Below are positions 19,480-28,330 of a DNA stretch of 43,856 bases, one piece after another. Source of the stretch: Candidatus Altiarchaeota archaeon (GTDB lineage Archaea; Altiarchaeota; Altiarchaeia; IMC4; QMZM01); assembly GCA_018897475.1 (NCBI GenBank), contig JAHIKS010000093.1:1-43856 (forward strand), in the 5' to 3' direction. Below the pieces are notes generated by a model. That model was not told the DNA's origin. It saw nothing but the letters and a program-made list of their open reading frames with translations, and made no database searches. A program made the translations under genes and the position numbers. How positions within the stretch are numbered: position 1 is the first letter of the stretch; each line of letters begins with the position of its first letter.

Positions 19480-19510
19480 GAGATAAGATATTTGATTTTT
19501 TATTAAAAAG

Positions 19511-20155
19511 TTAAAGAAGTGTTGCCTTCAGCACGTTCGGGTGGGGGAGGTCCATGGTTCCGGCACCGTGGCCGCTTCTTCCCCCGGGCGAGATGTTGCT
19601 GAATTCGTTGGCCACTGCTGCAAGAATCGCCATTCCTGTTGGGGTTGCAATCTCCTTATCGATTAGAAATTTTGTAGGGAATGAGTTGTTTTTTATTATA
19701 TCATGGGTTGCGGGAGCGATGGTCCCTATTGATATCATAGAGTAGGATATCTGCGATTCCAGAAGTCCTAAGCCCTCCAGAGCCATGGAGAAAGCAACCG
19801 CATCGACTATGCTGTCCCTTGCTTCATGAAGGTGAACCTGTTCAAGGGGGGTCTTGTGAACCCTTGATTCGGCCATTGCAAGGCTGTGGAGGATTTTTTT
19901 GGAGAGGGTTTTTGCCTGGTTGGAAATGTCTAGGTCGTCTATCTCCTTCAGCAGCTCTGTGTAGCTTCTGGAATCAGAAACAAATTTTACATCGAACTTC
20001 TTGGCCTGAATTCCGGCCTTTGTTACTTGCCTGAGAGAGAGCTTGGCTATGCCTGAGAGGGTTTCCTTCATGGGTTTGAAATCGGCACCCAGATCTATAA
20101 GGGCGCCGACCAGCATGTCTCCGCTCACGCCGTGGGAGCAGTCTAGATGGAGCAT
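19511..20155 (-). CDS. larC: LarC-like (DUF111) nickel-insertion protein, N-terminal domain only
   Basis: ORF track 19511..20227. The plausible ATG at 20153-20155 gives '[25 protein letters not shown]...', the canonical DUF111 N-terminus. It is only ~214 aa against ~400 aa for full LarC. It overlaps the larB 3' end by 13 nt. Confidence 0.65.
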   Translation of the reverse strand: MLHLDCSHGVSGDMLVGALIDLGADFKPMKETLSGIAKLSLRQVTKAGIQAKKFDVKFVSDSRSYTELLKEIDDLDISNQAKTLSKKILHSLAMAESRVHKTPLEQVHLHEARDSIVDAVAFSMALEGLGLLESQISYSMISIGTIAPATHDIIKNNSFPTKFLIDKEIATPTGMAILAAVANEFSNISPGGRSGHGAGTMDLPHPNVLKATLL

Positions 20156-20805
20156 TTTAGAATCTTGCAGGCAAGGACTGCTGCGCCATAGCCGTTGTCT
20201 ATGTTTACTACAGCAACGGGGGAGCATGAATTCAGCATTGCGTTCAGGGCTGCTTTGCCCCTTACTCCAGTCCCGTAGCCGACTGATGTTGGAACGCCTA
20301 TCACCGGGGCAGAAACCAGGCCGGAAACTATGGATGGGAGGGCACCCTCCATCCCTGCGATTACTATCAGGGCTCTTGCGTCCTTCATCTTATCCAGAGC
20401 AGGGAAGAGGCGGTGGATTCCTGCGATGCCGACGTCGTATGAAGTAATTACCTTACCGCCCAGCTCCTCAGCAACCGCCTTTGCCTCCTCGGCTACAGGA
20501 ATGTCAGAGGTTCCTGCAGTGACGATTCCTATGGTTCCAATGGGTTTTGTCCTGAGCTTCTTTTTCTTGATTACAAGAACGCTGCCCTTCCGGTTGTGGA
20601 TGATGGTGAGATTCTTTATTTTTAATTTTTTTAGAATCTTCTTTGTCTTCTTCTCATCAACCTTGGTGATGATAATTCTGCCTGAGGTGCTGAGGAATTC
20701 GTCCGTGATTTTTACCATATCCTCTGCGGTCTTTCCGAGGCCGAAGACCACCTCGGGGATGCCGCAGCGCTTCTCCCTTCCCTTGTCGTGATTCAGGATT
20801 TCCAT
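20143..20805 (-). CDS. larB: LarB-like (PurE/NCAIR-mutase-related) pyridinium-3,5-biscarboxylic acid mononucleotide synthase
   Basis: '[12 protein letters not shown]', '[17 protein letters not shown]', '[29 protein letters not shown]' and '[13 protein letters not shown]' are typical of the LarB branch of the PurE fold. Confidence 0.8.
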   Translation of the reverse strand: MEILNHDKGREKRCGIPEVVFGLGKTAEDMVKITDEFLSTSGRIIITKVDEKKTKKILKKLKIKNLTIIHNRKGSVLVIKKKKLRTKPIGTIGIVTAGTSDIPVAEEAKAVAEELGGKVITSYDVGIAGIHRLFPALDKMKDARALIVIAGMEGALPSIVSGLVSAPVIGVPTSVGYGTGVRGKAALNAMLNSCSPVAVVNIDNGYGAAVLACKILKCSI

Positions 20806-20806
20806 T

Positions 20807-21466
20807 CTATCCGATTATGTTGAGTACCCTCTTTAGCTCCTCCACTGTTAATTGCCCGGGGGCTGATTCTCTGCCCTTGCCTGTTGAGGCATAGGTGAGG
20901 TATGACCCTAGGGCAGGGCCGAGGATTCTTGAAGCCTTTCCGAGCTCGCCCATTGCTATGGCGATTACAGGAATCTTGGTGGGGTTCTCAGTTACTGCCG
21001 CAAGGATGTTGAGGACGTCTGCATGGTTTTTTGGCATGAATGCCACCTTTGCTATGTCTGCCCCGGCCTCTTCTTCCTGCTTCAGAACGGAGAGGATTTC
21101 CTCTTTGCCGGGGGTTGAGTTGAAGTCGTGGTGGGAGATGATGACCTTGACTCCCTTACCCCTGGCCTCTCTGATGAGGGGGTCTCTGAGATTGGTTTCT
21201 GTTTTTAGTTCTATTGTTACATGGCTTGAGAACTCGAGTGCCTTTCTCAGGATGTCGATTCTCTCCTCCTCTGGGCCTGCAAAATTGCCGCCCTCGAATT
21301 TGGGCATGCATGTTGCAATTGCCGGCTTTTGGATTTTAGTTAGTTCATCAATACCGGAAAATTCCGTCAGATAATCAAGTCTCAACTCTACCGAATCTGC
21401 CTTTGTCGAATTTGCAGTTTCTATCATTGAATTCAATTCTTTTTCGATTATTGGGGCGCAAATCAT
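20807..21466 (-). CDS. aroD: 3-dehydroquinate dehydratase, type I
   Basis: 219 aa. '[11 protein letters not shown]', '[11 protein letters not shown]' and the Schiff-base Lys context 'ADIAKVAFM'. Confidence 0.85.
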   Translation of the reverse strand: MICAPIIEKELNSMIETANSTKADSVELRLDYLTEFSGIDELTKIQKPAIATCMPKFEGGNFAGPEEERIDILRKALEFSSHVTIELKTETNLRDPLIREARGKGVKVIISHHDFNSTPGKEEILSVLKQEEEAGADIAKVAFMPKNHADVLNILAAVTENPTKIPVIAIAMGELGKASRILGPALGSYLTYASTGKGRESAPGQLTVEELKRVLNIIG

Positions 21467-21510
21467 TTTTGCTTGGGAGATATTTATATATTGAAGCTAC
21501 TATAATTACT

Positions 21511-22272
21511 ATGGTCAGGGTAATAGGTGTTCTTTCGGGGAAGGGTGGTGTAGGAAAGACGACTCTCGTTTCTAATCTCGGTGTATCATTGGCTCAAGAG
21601 GGTAAGAATGTCGCCATTGTTGATGCAAACCTTACCGGCGCTAATCTGGGGCTTCATTTTGGTCTGCTTAGTTATCCTGTTTCCATTCACGACGTCATGA
21701 ATGGTGGGGCTCTGATAACGGATGCCATGTACAAGCATCCATCGGGCGTTGATATAATCCCGGCTTCTCTCTCCATTGAACATATAGATACCGAACCAAA
21801 AAACCTGAGGAGCTCGATTGATGAATTTCTTGGCGATAAGGATTTCGTTCTGATTGATGCCGCAACCGGTCTGGACAGGGAGACGTTAAATGCGATAGAC
21901 ATGTCCGATGAGGTACTTATTGTGACTCACCCGGAGCTTCCTACGATTTCAGATGCGTTAAGAACGAAGACCATAGCAGAGAAGTACGGTAAGGACGTTA
22001 TAGGTATCGTTCTTAACAGAGTGAACAGGAAGGACGATCTGAATAAGGATAACGTGTCATCATTCTTTGAGCTTCCCGTTATCGGGGCAATTCCAGACGA
22101 CCCCGTGGTTAGGAAATCCATCGAGGCCAAAAACCCAGTTGTCCTGAGTCATCCAAATCACAGAGTAAGCCAAGAGGTAAGGAGAGTATCAAGCCATATC
22201 TTGGGCAAGAAGTACGTGTCAAAGAACAATGGCGGCCTCATGGACCGGCTCCTGGCTATGTTTAAATGGTGA
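21511..22272 (+). CDS. minD: MinD/ParA-family P-loop ATPase
   Basis: ORF track 21403..22272; ATG at 21511 gives 'MVRVIGVLSGKGGVGKTTLVSNLG' (deviant Walker A). 'VLIDAATGL' is the Walker B region. Confidence 0.85.
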   Translation: MVRVIGVLSGKGGVGKTTLVSNLGVSLAQEGKNVAIVDANLTGANLGLHFGLLSYPVSIHDVMNGGALITDAMYKHPSGVDIIPASLSIEHIDTEPKNLRSSIDEFLGDKDFVLIDAATGLDRETLNAIDMSDEVLIVTHPELPTISDALRTKTIAEKYGKDVIGIVLNRVNRKDDLNKDNVSSFFELPVIGAIPDDPVVRKSIEAKNPVVLSHPNHRVSQEVRRVSSHILGKKYVSKNNGGLMDRLLAMFKW

Positions 22273-22655
22273 TTCAGGTTCTCAACAAGAGCAGGGGTTT
22301 TGTCATAAGCGAATCCTGTGATGTAGCTGATTCTTTCTTCTCCAGGTTCAGGGGTCTGATGCTTTCAGGGCCGAAGGACTTGGTTCTTGTTTCCCCTAGA
22401 GAGGACATAAAGTCCTCGACGATTCACATGCTGTTTATGAGGTTTCCGATAGATGTGATTTGGGTGGATTCAGATATGGTTGTTATAGAAATTAAAAAAG
22501 GAATTAAACCCAACTCCCTTAAAATCTTCAAGCCAAAGAAGCCGGCTAAGTTTGTTGTAGAGCTGGGAATAGGAAAGTTAGGCACTACAGATGTTGGCGA
22601 TAGAATTGAGTTCTCACATCCCGACCCCGCCAAGCCGCTTCATCAGCCGCTTTAG
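22266..22655 (+). CDS. DUF192 (COG1430) family protein
   Basis: 129 aa. 'RFRGLM', 'MLFMRFPIDVIWVD' and 'VVELGIGK...GDRIEF' fit the DUF192 pattern. It contains an in-frame copy of the dispersed 12-nt motif (22577-22588). Its 3' end overlaps the srp54 3' end by 42 nt. Confidence 0.6.
   Translation: MVIQVLNKSRGFVISESCDVADSFFSRFRGLMLSGPKDLVLVSPREDIKSSTIHMLFMRFPIDVIWVDSDMVVIEIKKGIKPNSLKIFKPKKPAKFVVELGIGKLGTTDVGDRIEFSHPDPAKPLHQPL
22577..22588 (-). repeat. Intragenic copy of the dispersed motif (reads GTTAGGCACTAC on +)
   Basis: Exact 12/12. The coding frame is aag TTA GGC ACT ACa, giving K-L-G-T-T. With its flank (22572-22588) it is the exact reverse complement of 40749-40765 (17 nt). Confidence 0.9.
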
Positions 22656-23930
22656 CTTTCTCTCGTCGCCGAACATGCGCATCATCTTCTTCATCTTCTT
22701 GTGATAGTTGATTAGCTCTCTCACATCCTCTGGCTTGGTTCCTGAGCCCGAGGAGATTCTGCCGATGCGCTCTCTTTTGATTAGGGTGGGGTCTTCTCTC
22801 TCGTCGGGAGTCATCGAATCCATTATGTAGATGAACTTCTCAAGCTTTTCTTCTTGCATATCCAGCATGTCCTTGGGAATCTTTGCACCGAATGGCAGCA
22901 TTCCCGCAACCTGTTTCATGGGACCCATCTTCTTCATCTGCTGAATTTGAGAGTAGATGTCGTTCATGTTGAATTTGCCACTCATCATTCTTTCAGCGGC
23001 CTTTTCGTCAAAGTCTACCTCCTTTGCCTTCTCGAGCAGTCCCTCCAGGTCGCCGAAACCGATAAGCCTTGATACAAACCCCTCGGGGTTGAATTCCTCG
23101 AAGTCGTTGATGTGCTCTCCCGTCCCTATGAAATTCACCCCGGAGCCGGTTGCGGAACATGCAGAAATCGCGCCACCGCCCTTTGCCGTGCCGTCGAGCT
23201 TCGTGAGAATTATCCCATCCACCTGGGATGAGTTCTTGAATGCTTCGGCTTCCTTTCCTGCCTGCTGGCCAGTGGTTCCGTCGAGGATTAGAAGAACTCT
23301 CTCGGGCTTTATCTCCTTGTAGATTTTGTTTATGTCCTTCATCAGCTCCTTGTCCAGTTTATGCCGGCCCTCGGAGTCTATCAGAATCAGGCCCTCGTTC
23401 TTGAATTCCTTGATTCCTTCTTTTATTATGTTGAGCGCGTTTTTCTCCCCTGGGTTTCCGTAGAATGGCAGCTTAATCTCTTCGGAGAGCTGCTTCAGCT
23501 GCTCATAGGCCGCAGGCCTGAATGTATCCGCGCAGATAAGTTTTGGGTGCATGCCCTTTTTCTTGAAGTATCGGCCAAGCTTTGCCACGGTGGTTGTCTT
23601 GCCGCTTCCCTGGGTTCCGACGAGGAGGAGCTTCTGTCCATCCTGTATCTCGACCGGTTCTCCCTTCCCAAGTAAATTCACCAGCTCTTCGTAGGTTATC
23701 CGTATAAGGTTCTCCTTTCTGGAGAGCATCCCCGGGGGCTTCTCGAGAAGACCCCTATCCTCAATCCTCTTGGACAGCTCAAAAACCTGCTCTATCTGAA
23801 CGTCAGCCGAGAGGAGGGTCTTCTGAATCTCCTTTGTGTAATTCTTTACCGTCTTCTTGTCAACCACTACCGCTTTCCTCAGGTTCGTGATGGAGCTCTG
23901 CAGGCCCTCCGATAGCTTTTCAAAAACCAT
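22614..23930 (-). CDS. srp54: Signal recognition particle protein SRP54
   Basis: 438 aa. NG domain 'LLVGTQGSGKTTTVAKL', 'DTFRPAAYEQL' and 'LILDGTTGQ', 'TKLDGTAKGG'. Met-rich M domain (MQQMKKMGPM..., MKKMMRMF). Confidence 0.95.
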   Translation of the reverse strand: MVFEKLSEGLQSSITNLRKAVVVDKKTVKNYTKEIQKTLLSADVQIEQVFELSKRIEDRGLLEKPPGMLSRKENLIRITYEELVNLLGKGEPVEIQDGQKLLLVGTQGSGKTTTVAKLGRYFKKKGMHPKLICADTFRPAAYEQLKQLSEEIKLPFYGNPGEKNALNIIKEGIKEFKNEGLILIDSEGRHKLDKELMKDINKIYKEIKPERVLLILDGTTGQQAGKEAEAFKNSSQVDGIILTKLDGTAKGGGAISACSATGSGVNFIGTGEHINDFEEFNPEGFVSRLIGFGDLEGLLEKAKEVDFDEKAAERMMSGKFNMNDIYSQIQQMKKMGPMKQVAGMLPFGAKIPKDMLDMQEEKLEKFIYIMDSMTPDEREDPTLIKRERIGRISSGSGTKPEDVRELINYHKKMKKMMRMFGDERKLKRLMKRLGGVGM

Positions 23931-23931
23931 T

Positions 23932-24615
23932 CTATTGAATCTCCTCCGAGATTATCCTCGTGAGGTTATCTTCTGGGATTAAGCCCTTGTAAGTCCGGTC
24001 GCCTATGACTACCGCAGGGGTTTCAGTCACATTGTGGCTCCTCTTCAGCAGATTCACTATGGGTTCGTCAAGGTCGGAATTGAGAACAAACACTATGATT
24101 CTGTCCTTGAATTCTCCATCATATAGGTTGTCAAGTATGTGGCCCTGCTCAACGCATTCCTGGCACGGAACGGAATAGAAATAGAGGATTACCGCAACCT
24201 CCCGGTTGCATCTTTCCTTCACGTAGTTGTTGAGAATCCATGCTTTTGTGGATAAAAGAGCATAGTCTCTCCTGAGCGAGTCGAATTCCTTCCCTTGAGC
24301 ATTTTCGAGGTCCACTCCCAGCCCCCTTACCTTCTTTGTCGTGTCATCGACTAACGCTGATAAGGAGCCGCAAGAGAGATTCTGGCCTATAATGCTGAGG
24401 TATGCATACTCCAGCTGAAGGTTTTCGGTCCTTCTCTGCAGCGATGCATACTCCTCCTCGGATGGAAGGCGGTCTATCCTGCTCTGGAGTATACTAAGTT
24501 TTCCGTCAGTATATTCAATCAGATTTCCCTCTATGAAAAGCCCGGACATCACGCCAATCAGATAAAAGAACATGGATAGAACTGCTGCTGCCAGGTATAC
24601 TTTCTTGTTTTGCAT
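23932..24615 (-). CDS. Membrane-anchored hypothetical protein with C-terminal thioredoxin-like CxxC region
   Basis: N-terminal TM helix (LAAAVLSMFFYLIGVMSGLFI), a coiled-coil-like middle, then 'YFYSVPCQECVEQG' (CxxC). Function unknown. Confidence 0.4.
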   Translation of the reverse strand: MQNKKVYLAAAVLSMFFYLIGVMSGLFIEGNLIEYTDGKLSILQSRIDRLPSEEEYASLQRRTENLQLEYAYLSIIGQNLSCGSLSALVDDTTKKVRGLGVDLENAQGKEFDSLRRDYALLSTKAWILNNYVKERCNREVAVILYFYSVPCQECVEQGHILDNLYDGEFKDRIIVFVLNSDLDEPIVNLLKRSHNVTETPAVVIGDRTYKGLIPEDNLTRIISEEIQ

Positions 24616-24659
24616 ATTTTAACGTATTTACGAAATATTAATAAAAAGCAGAGTATAAT

Positions 24660-25937
24660 ATGGATTTTGTCCACTCTACGAGTTTGATGTTGTATAATGC
24701 CTTTTTAATCCCGGTGGCTTTCTTTTCGTTCATCTATTATATCGTGGCGCTGAGAACCATCCTGGTTAAAGAGGAGAAGGATGAGGCCGACATGGCAGAG
24801 ATAGATTGGCCCAGAGTAACCGTTCAGATTCCCACGTTTAATGAGCCCGTTGCCATAAGGTGCGCAAGAAGCTGCTTGAATTTTGACTATCCGAAAGGGG
24901 GGTTTGAGATAATAATTGGCGATGATAGCACCAATCCCGATGTGTCAGAGGCCATTAATGAGTTTGCAGAGGAGAACAAAGGGATGGTGAGAGTGACAAG
25001 ACGGGGGCACAACAGAGGATTCAAGGCAGGCAATCTAAATCACATGTTGAAATTCTCAGAGGGGGACATTGTTGTAATATTCGATTCCGACTTCACGGCC
25101 CAGAGGGATTTTCTGAAGCGGGTTGTGATGCCCTTTATCAAAGATGATAAGGTTGGGTGTGTCCAGGCGGAGTGGGACTTCCTGAATTCAGGGAAGAATT
25201 ATATCTCAAAGCTCTCAACGACGCTTTTGATGTTTTATTATTCCCTCATAGTCCCCATAAACAAAATGCTCGGTGTACCTTTCCTTTTTGGTTCAGGGGA
25301 GGCCATAAGAAAGGACCTGTTGCTGGAGATGGGTGGCTGGCACGAGGGCAGCCTTACAGAGGATACGGAATTCTCACTCAGGTTATTCAAAAAGGGCTAC
25401 AGGATAGTCTATCTGGATGAGGTCAAGGTCAGGGGGGAGGTGCCCTACACGTGGGGGGGGCTTATGAGCCAGCAGAGGAGATGGGCCTACGGGAACACAA
25501 AGGCGTTTTTGGTTCATGCCCGCTCAATCCTCTTTGGTCAGTTTTCCGTCTTGCAAAAAACGATGATAGCCTATACCACCTCCATAGGTTATCTATCGAA
25601 TCTGTTTCTTTTGCTGTTCCTGCTTGCGGGAATGGCCTCGTTTTTTTCACAACCGGCCGCCCCAATAGATATACCAAAGTTCGTAAACCAGACAATGAGC
25701 GTGTTTTTAATTACCTCCGGTTTCCTTTTGGGAGGAATTGCCGCACTCTATAAGAAGAATAAACTCAATATTCTGCTTCCTTCCCTTGTCTCTGTTTTAA
25801 CCGTCGGTTTTTTGGTTTCCTTTAATATCTGTGTTGGCTTTTTCAAGGCCGTTTCTGGCAAGGAGATGGTCTGGTCCGCGGTAAACAAGGAGGGTAATTT
25901 CGATATCATCCCCCAAGAACGACTGGGGGAGATGTAA
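24660..25937 (+). CDS. Family-2 glycosyltransferase, processive beta-glycan-synthase-like, membrane-integrated
   Basis: D,D,D,QxxRW signature: 'IIGDDSTNPD', 'VIFDSDF', 'TEDTEFSLRL', 'QQRRWAYG'. Flanking TM helices. Confidence 0.8.
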   Translation: MDFVHSTSLMLYNAFLIPVAFFSFIYYIVALRTILVKEEKDEADMAEIDWPRVTVQIPTFNEPVAIRCARSCLNFDYPKGGFEIIIGDDSTNPDVSEAINEFAEENKGMVRVTRRGHNRGFKAGNLNHMLKFSEGDIVVIFDSDFTAQRDFLKRVVMPFIKDDKVGCVQAEWDFLNSGKNYISKLSTTLLMFYYSLIVPINKMLGVPFLFGSGEAIRKDLLLEMGGWHEGSLTEDTEFSLRLFKKGYRIVYLDEVKVRGEVPYTWGGLMSQQRRWAYGNTKAFLVHARSILFGQFSVLQKTMIAYTTSIGYLSNLFLLLFLLAGMASFFSQPAAPIDIPKFVNQTMSVFLITSGFLLGGIAALYKKNKLNILLPSLVSVLTVGFLVSFNICVGFFKAVSGKEMVWSAVNKEGNFDIIPQERLGEM

Positions 25938-27200
25938 ATGATTGACCTAATCCTTATAGTAATATTTTCGGTACTGATTGTTCTTCACGGTTCCTGGATT
26001 TTTCTTCTCCTCTATCCTGAAAGAAAGAAATATGACGAGATTTCGCCGGACATCTCCATAATCATGCCCGCCCACAATGAGGAGGGGATAATAGAATCCA
26101 CAATAAATAGCGTTCTTGAAGCAGAGTATTCCGGGAAGAGAGAGATTATCGTGGTAAATGACGGCTCAAGTGATAGGACCGCAGAAATAGTCAGAGGTCT
26201 GGCAGAAAAAGACGAGAGAATTCGCCTGTATGAGACCAATCACGTGGGGAAGGCAAAGGCGATAAACAGGGGAGTTGAAAATGCAACCAATGAAATTGTT
26301 GTTGTGCTTGATGCCGACTCGATGCTGGATTCCGAGGCGTTGGTCAAGATTGTGAAGCCCTTCTCCGACAAGAGAGTGGGGGGCGTTTCTGGAATAATCC
26401 GGGCAATTCAGACAAATAATCCGTTGACCTGGTTTCAGGACCTGGAATATATTGTAACATCTGGATGGAGATACACCTGCAACAGACTGGATAGCACATA
26501 CATTTTTCCAGGGTTTGCAGCATTCAGGAAAGGTGCCCTTTTGGAGACGGGCGGTTTTTCAAGCGACACTCTCTCCGAGGACTTTGAGATTGGTTTGAGG
26601 CTGAGGAAAGAGGGCCATGTTTTGGTTATGTCGTGGGCGACAATCTATACGAAGGTTCCTGAGACGTTTTCCGGCCTGATGAAACAGAGAATTCGCTGGG
26701 GACGAGGCACTATTCAAGTGATAAGGAAGCACTTTGATGTGCCATTCAACAAGAAGTACGGTGCTATTGGCTTCTATGGGATTCCAACACAGATGTACTG
26801 GTTCATTCACGGCCTGACCTATCTGCCTGTCGTTTTTTACCAGATATTAAGCGGTTATCTGAAGTATTTTGTCGCATCTGATAATTCCCTCTCCCTGGAG
26901 GCAGCGGCGTACTTCTTCAGGTGGTTCTCGTTTTATGGGATGGTTGATTTCACCTACAAGACCTTCATCGGAGAGTATGAGATGTCCCTGGTCTTTGTTC
27001 TGACACTTGTGATGTTCTGCCTCTACATCCTATATGATGCCCTTGTGATAACAAAGATAGGAAAACCGTCGGTTCGCTTCCTCTTTGTTATTTTTTTCCT
27101 CTTTCCATATTCTTTATTCGTATTGTCGCTTCATGTGGTCCCGCTCTTCTATGAGCTGTTAAAACCAGGAAGCGCCAATGTCTGGGAAAAGAATAAATAA
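25938..27200 (+). CDS. Family-2 glycosyltransferase, PgaC/IcaA-like processive synthase, membrane-integrated
   Basis: 'VVNDGSSDRT', 'VVLDADSM', 'SEDFEIGLRL' and 'QRIRWGRG', with multiple C-terminal TM helices. It starts 1 nt after the previous GT2 stop. Confidence 0.8.
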   Translation: MIDLILIVIFSVLIVLHGSWIFLLLYPERKKYDEISPDISIIMPAHNEEGIIESTINSVLEAEYSGKREIIVVNDGSSDRTAEIVRGLAEKDERIRLYETNHVGKAKAINRGVENATNEIVVVLDADSMLDSEALVKIVKPFSDKRVGGVSGIIRAIQTNNPLTWFQDLEYIVTSGWRYTCNRLDSTYIFPGFAAFRKGALLETGGFSSDTLSEDFEIGLRLRKEGHVLVMSWATIYTKVPETFSGLMKQRIRWGRGTIQVIRKHFDVPFNKKYGAIGFYGIPTQMYWFIHGLTYLPVVFYQILSGYLKYFVASDNSLSLEAAAYFFRWFSFYGMVDFTYKTFIGEYEMSLVFVLTLVMFCLYILYDALVITKIGKPSVRFLFVIFFLFPYSLFVLSLHVVPLFYELLKPGSANVWEKNK

Positions 27201-27201
27201 A

Positions 27202-27807
27202 ATGACAACGAAGGAGCACCCGGATTTTTTGCTGGAGCTGAAGAGGCAGCTTGTCCATCTATTTATGGGCATATTGATTTCTCTCTCAGTCTACTTTTTA
27301 GATCCGTTTATGGGTAGGTGGGTGCTCCTGCCATTAATCGTTATGCTGTTGTTCATCTTTACCCTACCAAGGCTGATAACGGACATATGGCTGTTCAATC
27401 ACCTCTTCCTGCACTTCGAGAGGGAGGACGACATAATGAATTTCCCGTTCAGGGGCGCGTTCTGGTACGGGGTGGGGATAATTCCCCCGATTCTGTTCCT
27501 GCCGCTGAATCCCGCCTGTGCAGTGATTGCTGTTCTGTCTGCAGGGGATTCCATGTCAACAATAGTCGGGAAATTCCTGGGTAAGAGAAGATACGGCCAT
27601 AAGAGCGTCGAGGGCTTCCTGTCCTTTTTCGTCTTCGGCTTCCTTGCTGCCGCGGTGTTTGTAAGCCCGGAACTGGCCCTTATGTTTGCCTTTCTGGGAG
27701 CAGTGATGGAGTTCCTCTCCTTTATAGACGATAACCTTTTAATCCCCCTGAGCCTGAGCGTTTTTTATGTCCTGGCTTCGAACATAATTAGGTTGAATCT
27801 AATGTGA
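27202..27807 (+). CDS. Dolichol/polyprenol kinase-like (CTP-transferase 1 family) membrane protein
   Basis: ORF track 27178..27807; ATG at 27202. Polytopic, with 'GDSMSTIVGKFLGKRRYG.KSVEGFLSFFVFGFL' as in dolichol kinase / CdsA-like enzymes. Confidence 0.55.
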   Translation: MTTKEHPDFLLELKRQLVHLFMGILISLSVYFLDPFMGRWVLLPLIVMLLFIFTLPRLITDIWLFNHLFLHFEREDDIMNFPFRGAFWYGVGIIPPILFLPLNPACAVIAVLSAGDSMSTIVGKFLGKRRYGHKSVEGFLSFFVFGFLAAAVFVSPELALMFAFLGAVMEFLSFIDDNLLIPLSLSVFYVLASNIIRLNLM

Positions 27808-27824
27808 TTATTCAATCATTAGTT

Positions 27825-27899
27825 GGGCCCGTAGCCTAGCCTGGATAGGGCACCGGACTTCTAATCCGGAGACCACGGGTTCGAATCCCGTCGGGTCCG
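27825..27899 (+). tRNA. tRNA-Arg (anticodon TCT)
   Basis: Hand-folded cloverleaf. Acceptor GGGCCCG/CGGGTCC (one G-U pair) plus discriminator G. Anticodon stem CCGGA/TCCGG with loop C-T-TCT-A-A. T arm ACGGG-TTCGAAT-CCCGT. 75 nt, no intron, CCA not encoded. Confidence 0.9.
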
Positions 27900-27904
27900 T
27901 TCGG

Positions 27905-27914
27905 TTTTTCTTTT
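27905..27914 (+). terminator. Oligo-T terminator (TTTTTCTTTT) after tRNA-Arg
   Basis: T-rich tract 5 nt after the tRNA 3' end, the usual archaeal termination signal. Confidence 0.5.
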
Positions 27915-27935
27915 AGAAAAACCAAAAGATTAAAA

Positions 27936-28184
27936 ATGACGAGTAACTCTGAGGAGGGAAGGGTCAGCATCAGGCTTGATGTGATAAAGAACGTCATAGA
28001 GGACATTAACAGGAACCACGAACTGCAGAAAATTTTTGGTTCTCCGGTCTCTGAATCCCTGGTTATTGTTGCGGACAACAACGACATCAGGATAGAGGAG
28101 GGCGGAGCAATAAAGCTGACAAAGGCCGAGTGCAAGAGGTTTGCTGATGTTCTTAATGGGATTATAGAGAACAGTACGCTGTGA
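27936..28184 (+). CDS. Hypothetical 82-aa protein (orphan)
   Basis: ORF with balanced, protein-like composition, but I recognise no motif. It lies between tRNA-Arg and the tnpB 3' end, so part of it may instead be IS right-end/omega-RNA sequence. Confidence 0.3.
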   Translation: MTSNSEEGRVSIRLDVIKNVIEDINRNHELQKIFGSPVSESLVIVADNNDIRIEEGGAIKLTKAECKRFADVLNGIIENSTL

Positions 28185-28330
28185 ACTACTCCCACCAAAA
28201 ACCTACGGTTTTTGGAAGGAGCTTCCTGTTTCATTGACGAGACTTGCAGCAGAACCGAAGTCCTGAAGTAGAGGTTTCATCTCCGCAGGCGTTGGTTCGG
28301 GTCGCACCGACCCTACCTCTTTGAGAGCCT
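28150..28330 (-). ncRNA. Candidate omega-RNA (reRNA) scaffold of TnpB
   Basis: In characterised TnpB systems the guide RNA overlaps the tnpB 3' end and the right end of the element. Here that region carries three clean hairpins: GGGTCG-CAC-CGACCC (28299-28313), a 6-bp stem with a UUCG loop on the minus strand (28250-28265), and CCAAAAACC-TAC-GGTTTTTGG (28195-28215). Confidence 0.35.

Noticed and set aside
22614-22655. The 42-nt convergent overlap of the DUF192 gene and srp54, and the similar 53-nt overlap of the MBL and GDE genes at 2996-3048, as possible antisense regulatory modules.
   Set aside because: Short 3'-3' overlaps are common in compact archaeal genomes, and the C-terminal tails involved look unconserved. 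There is no further supporting signal.
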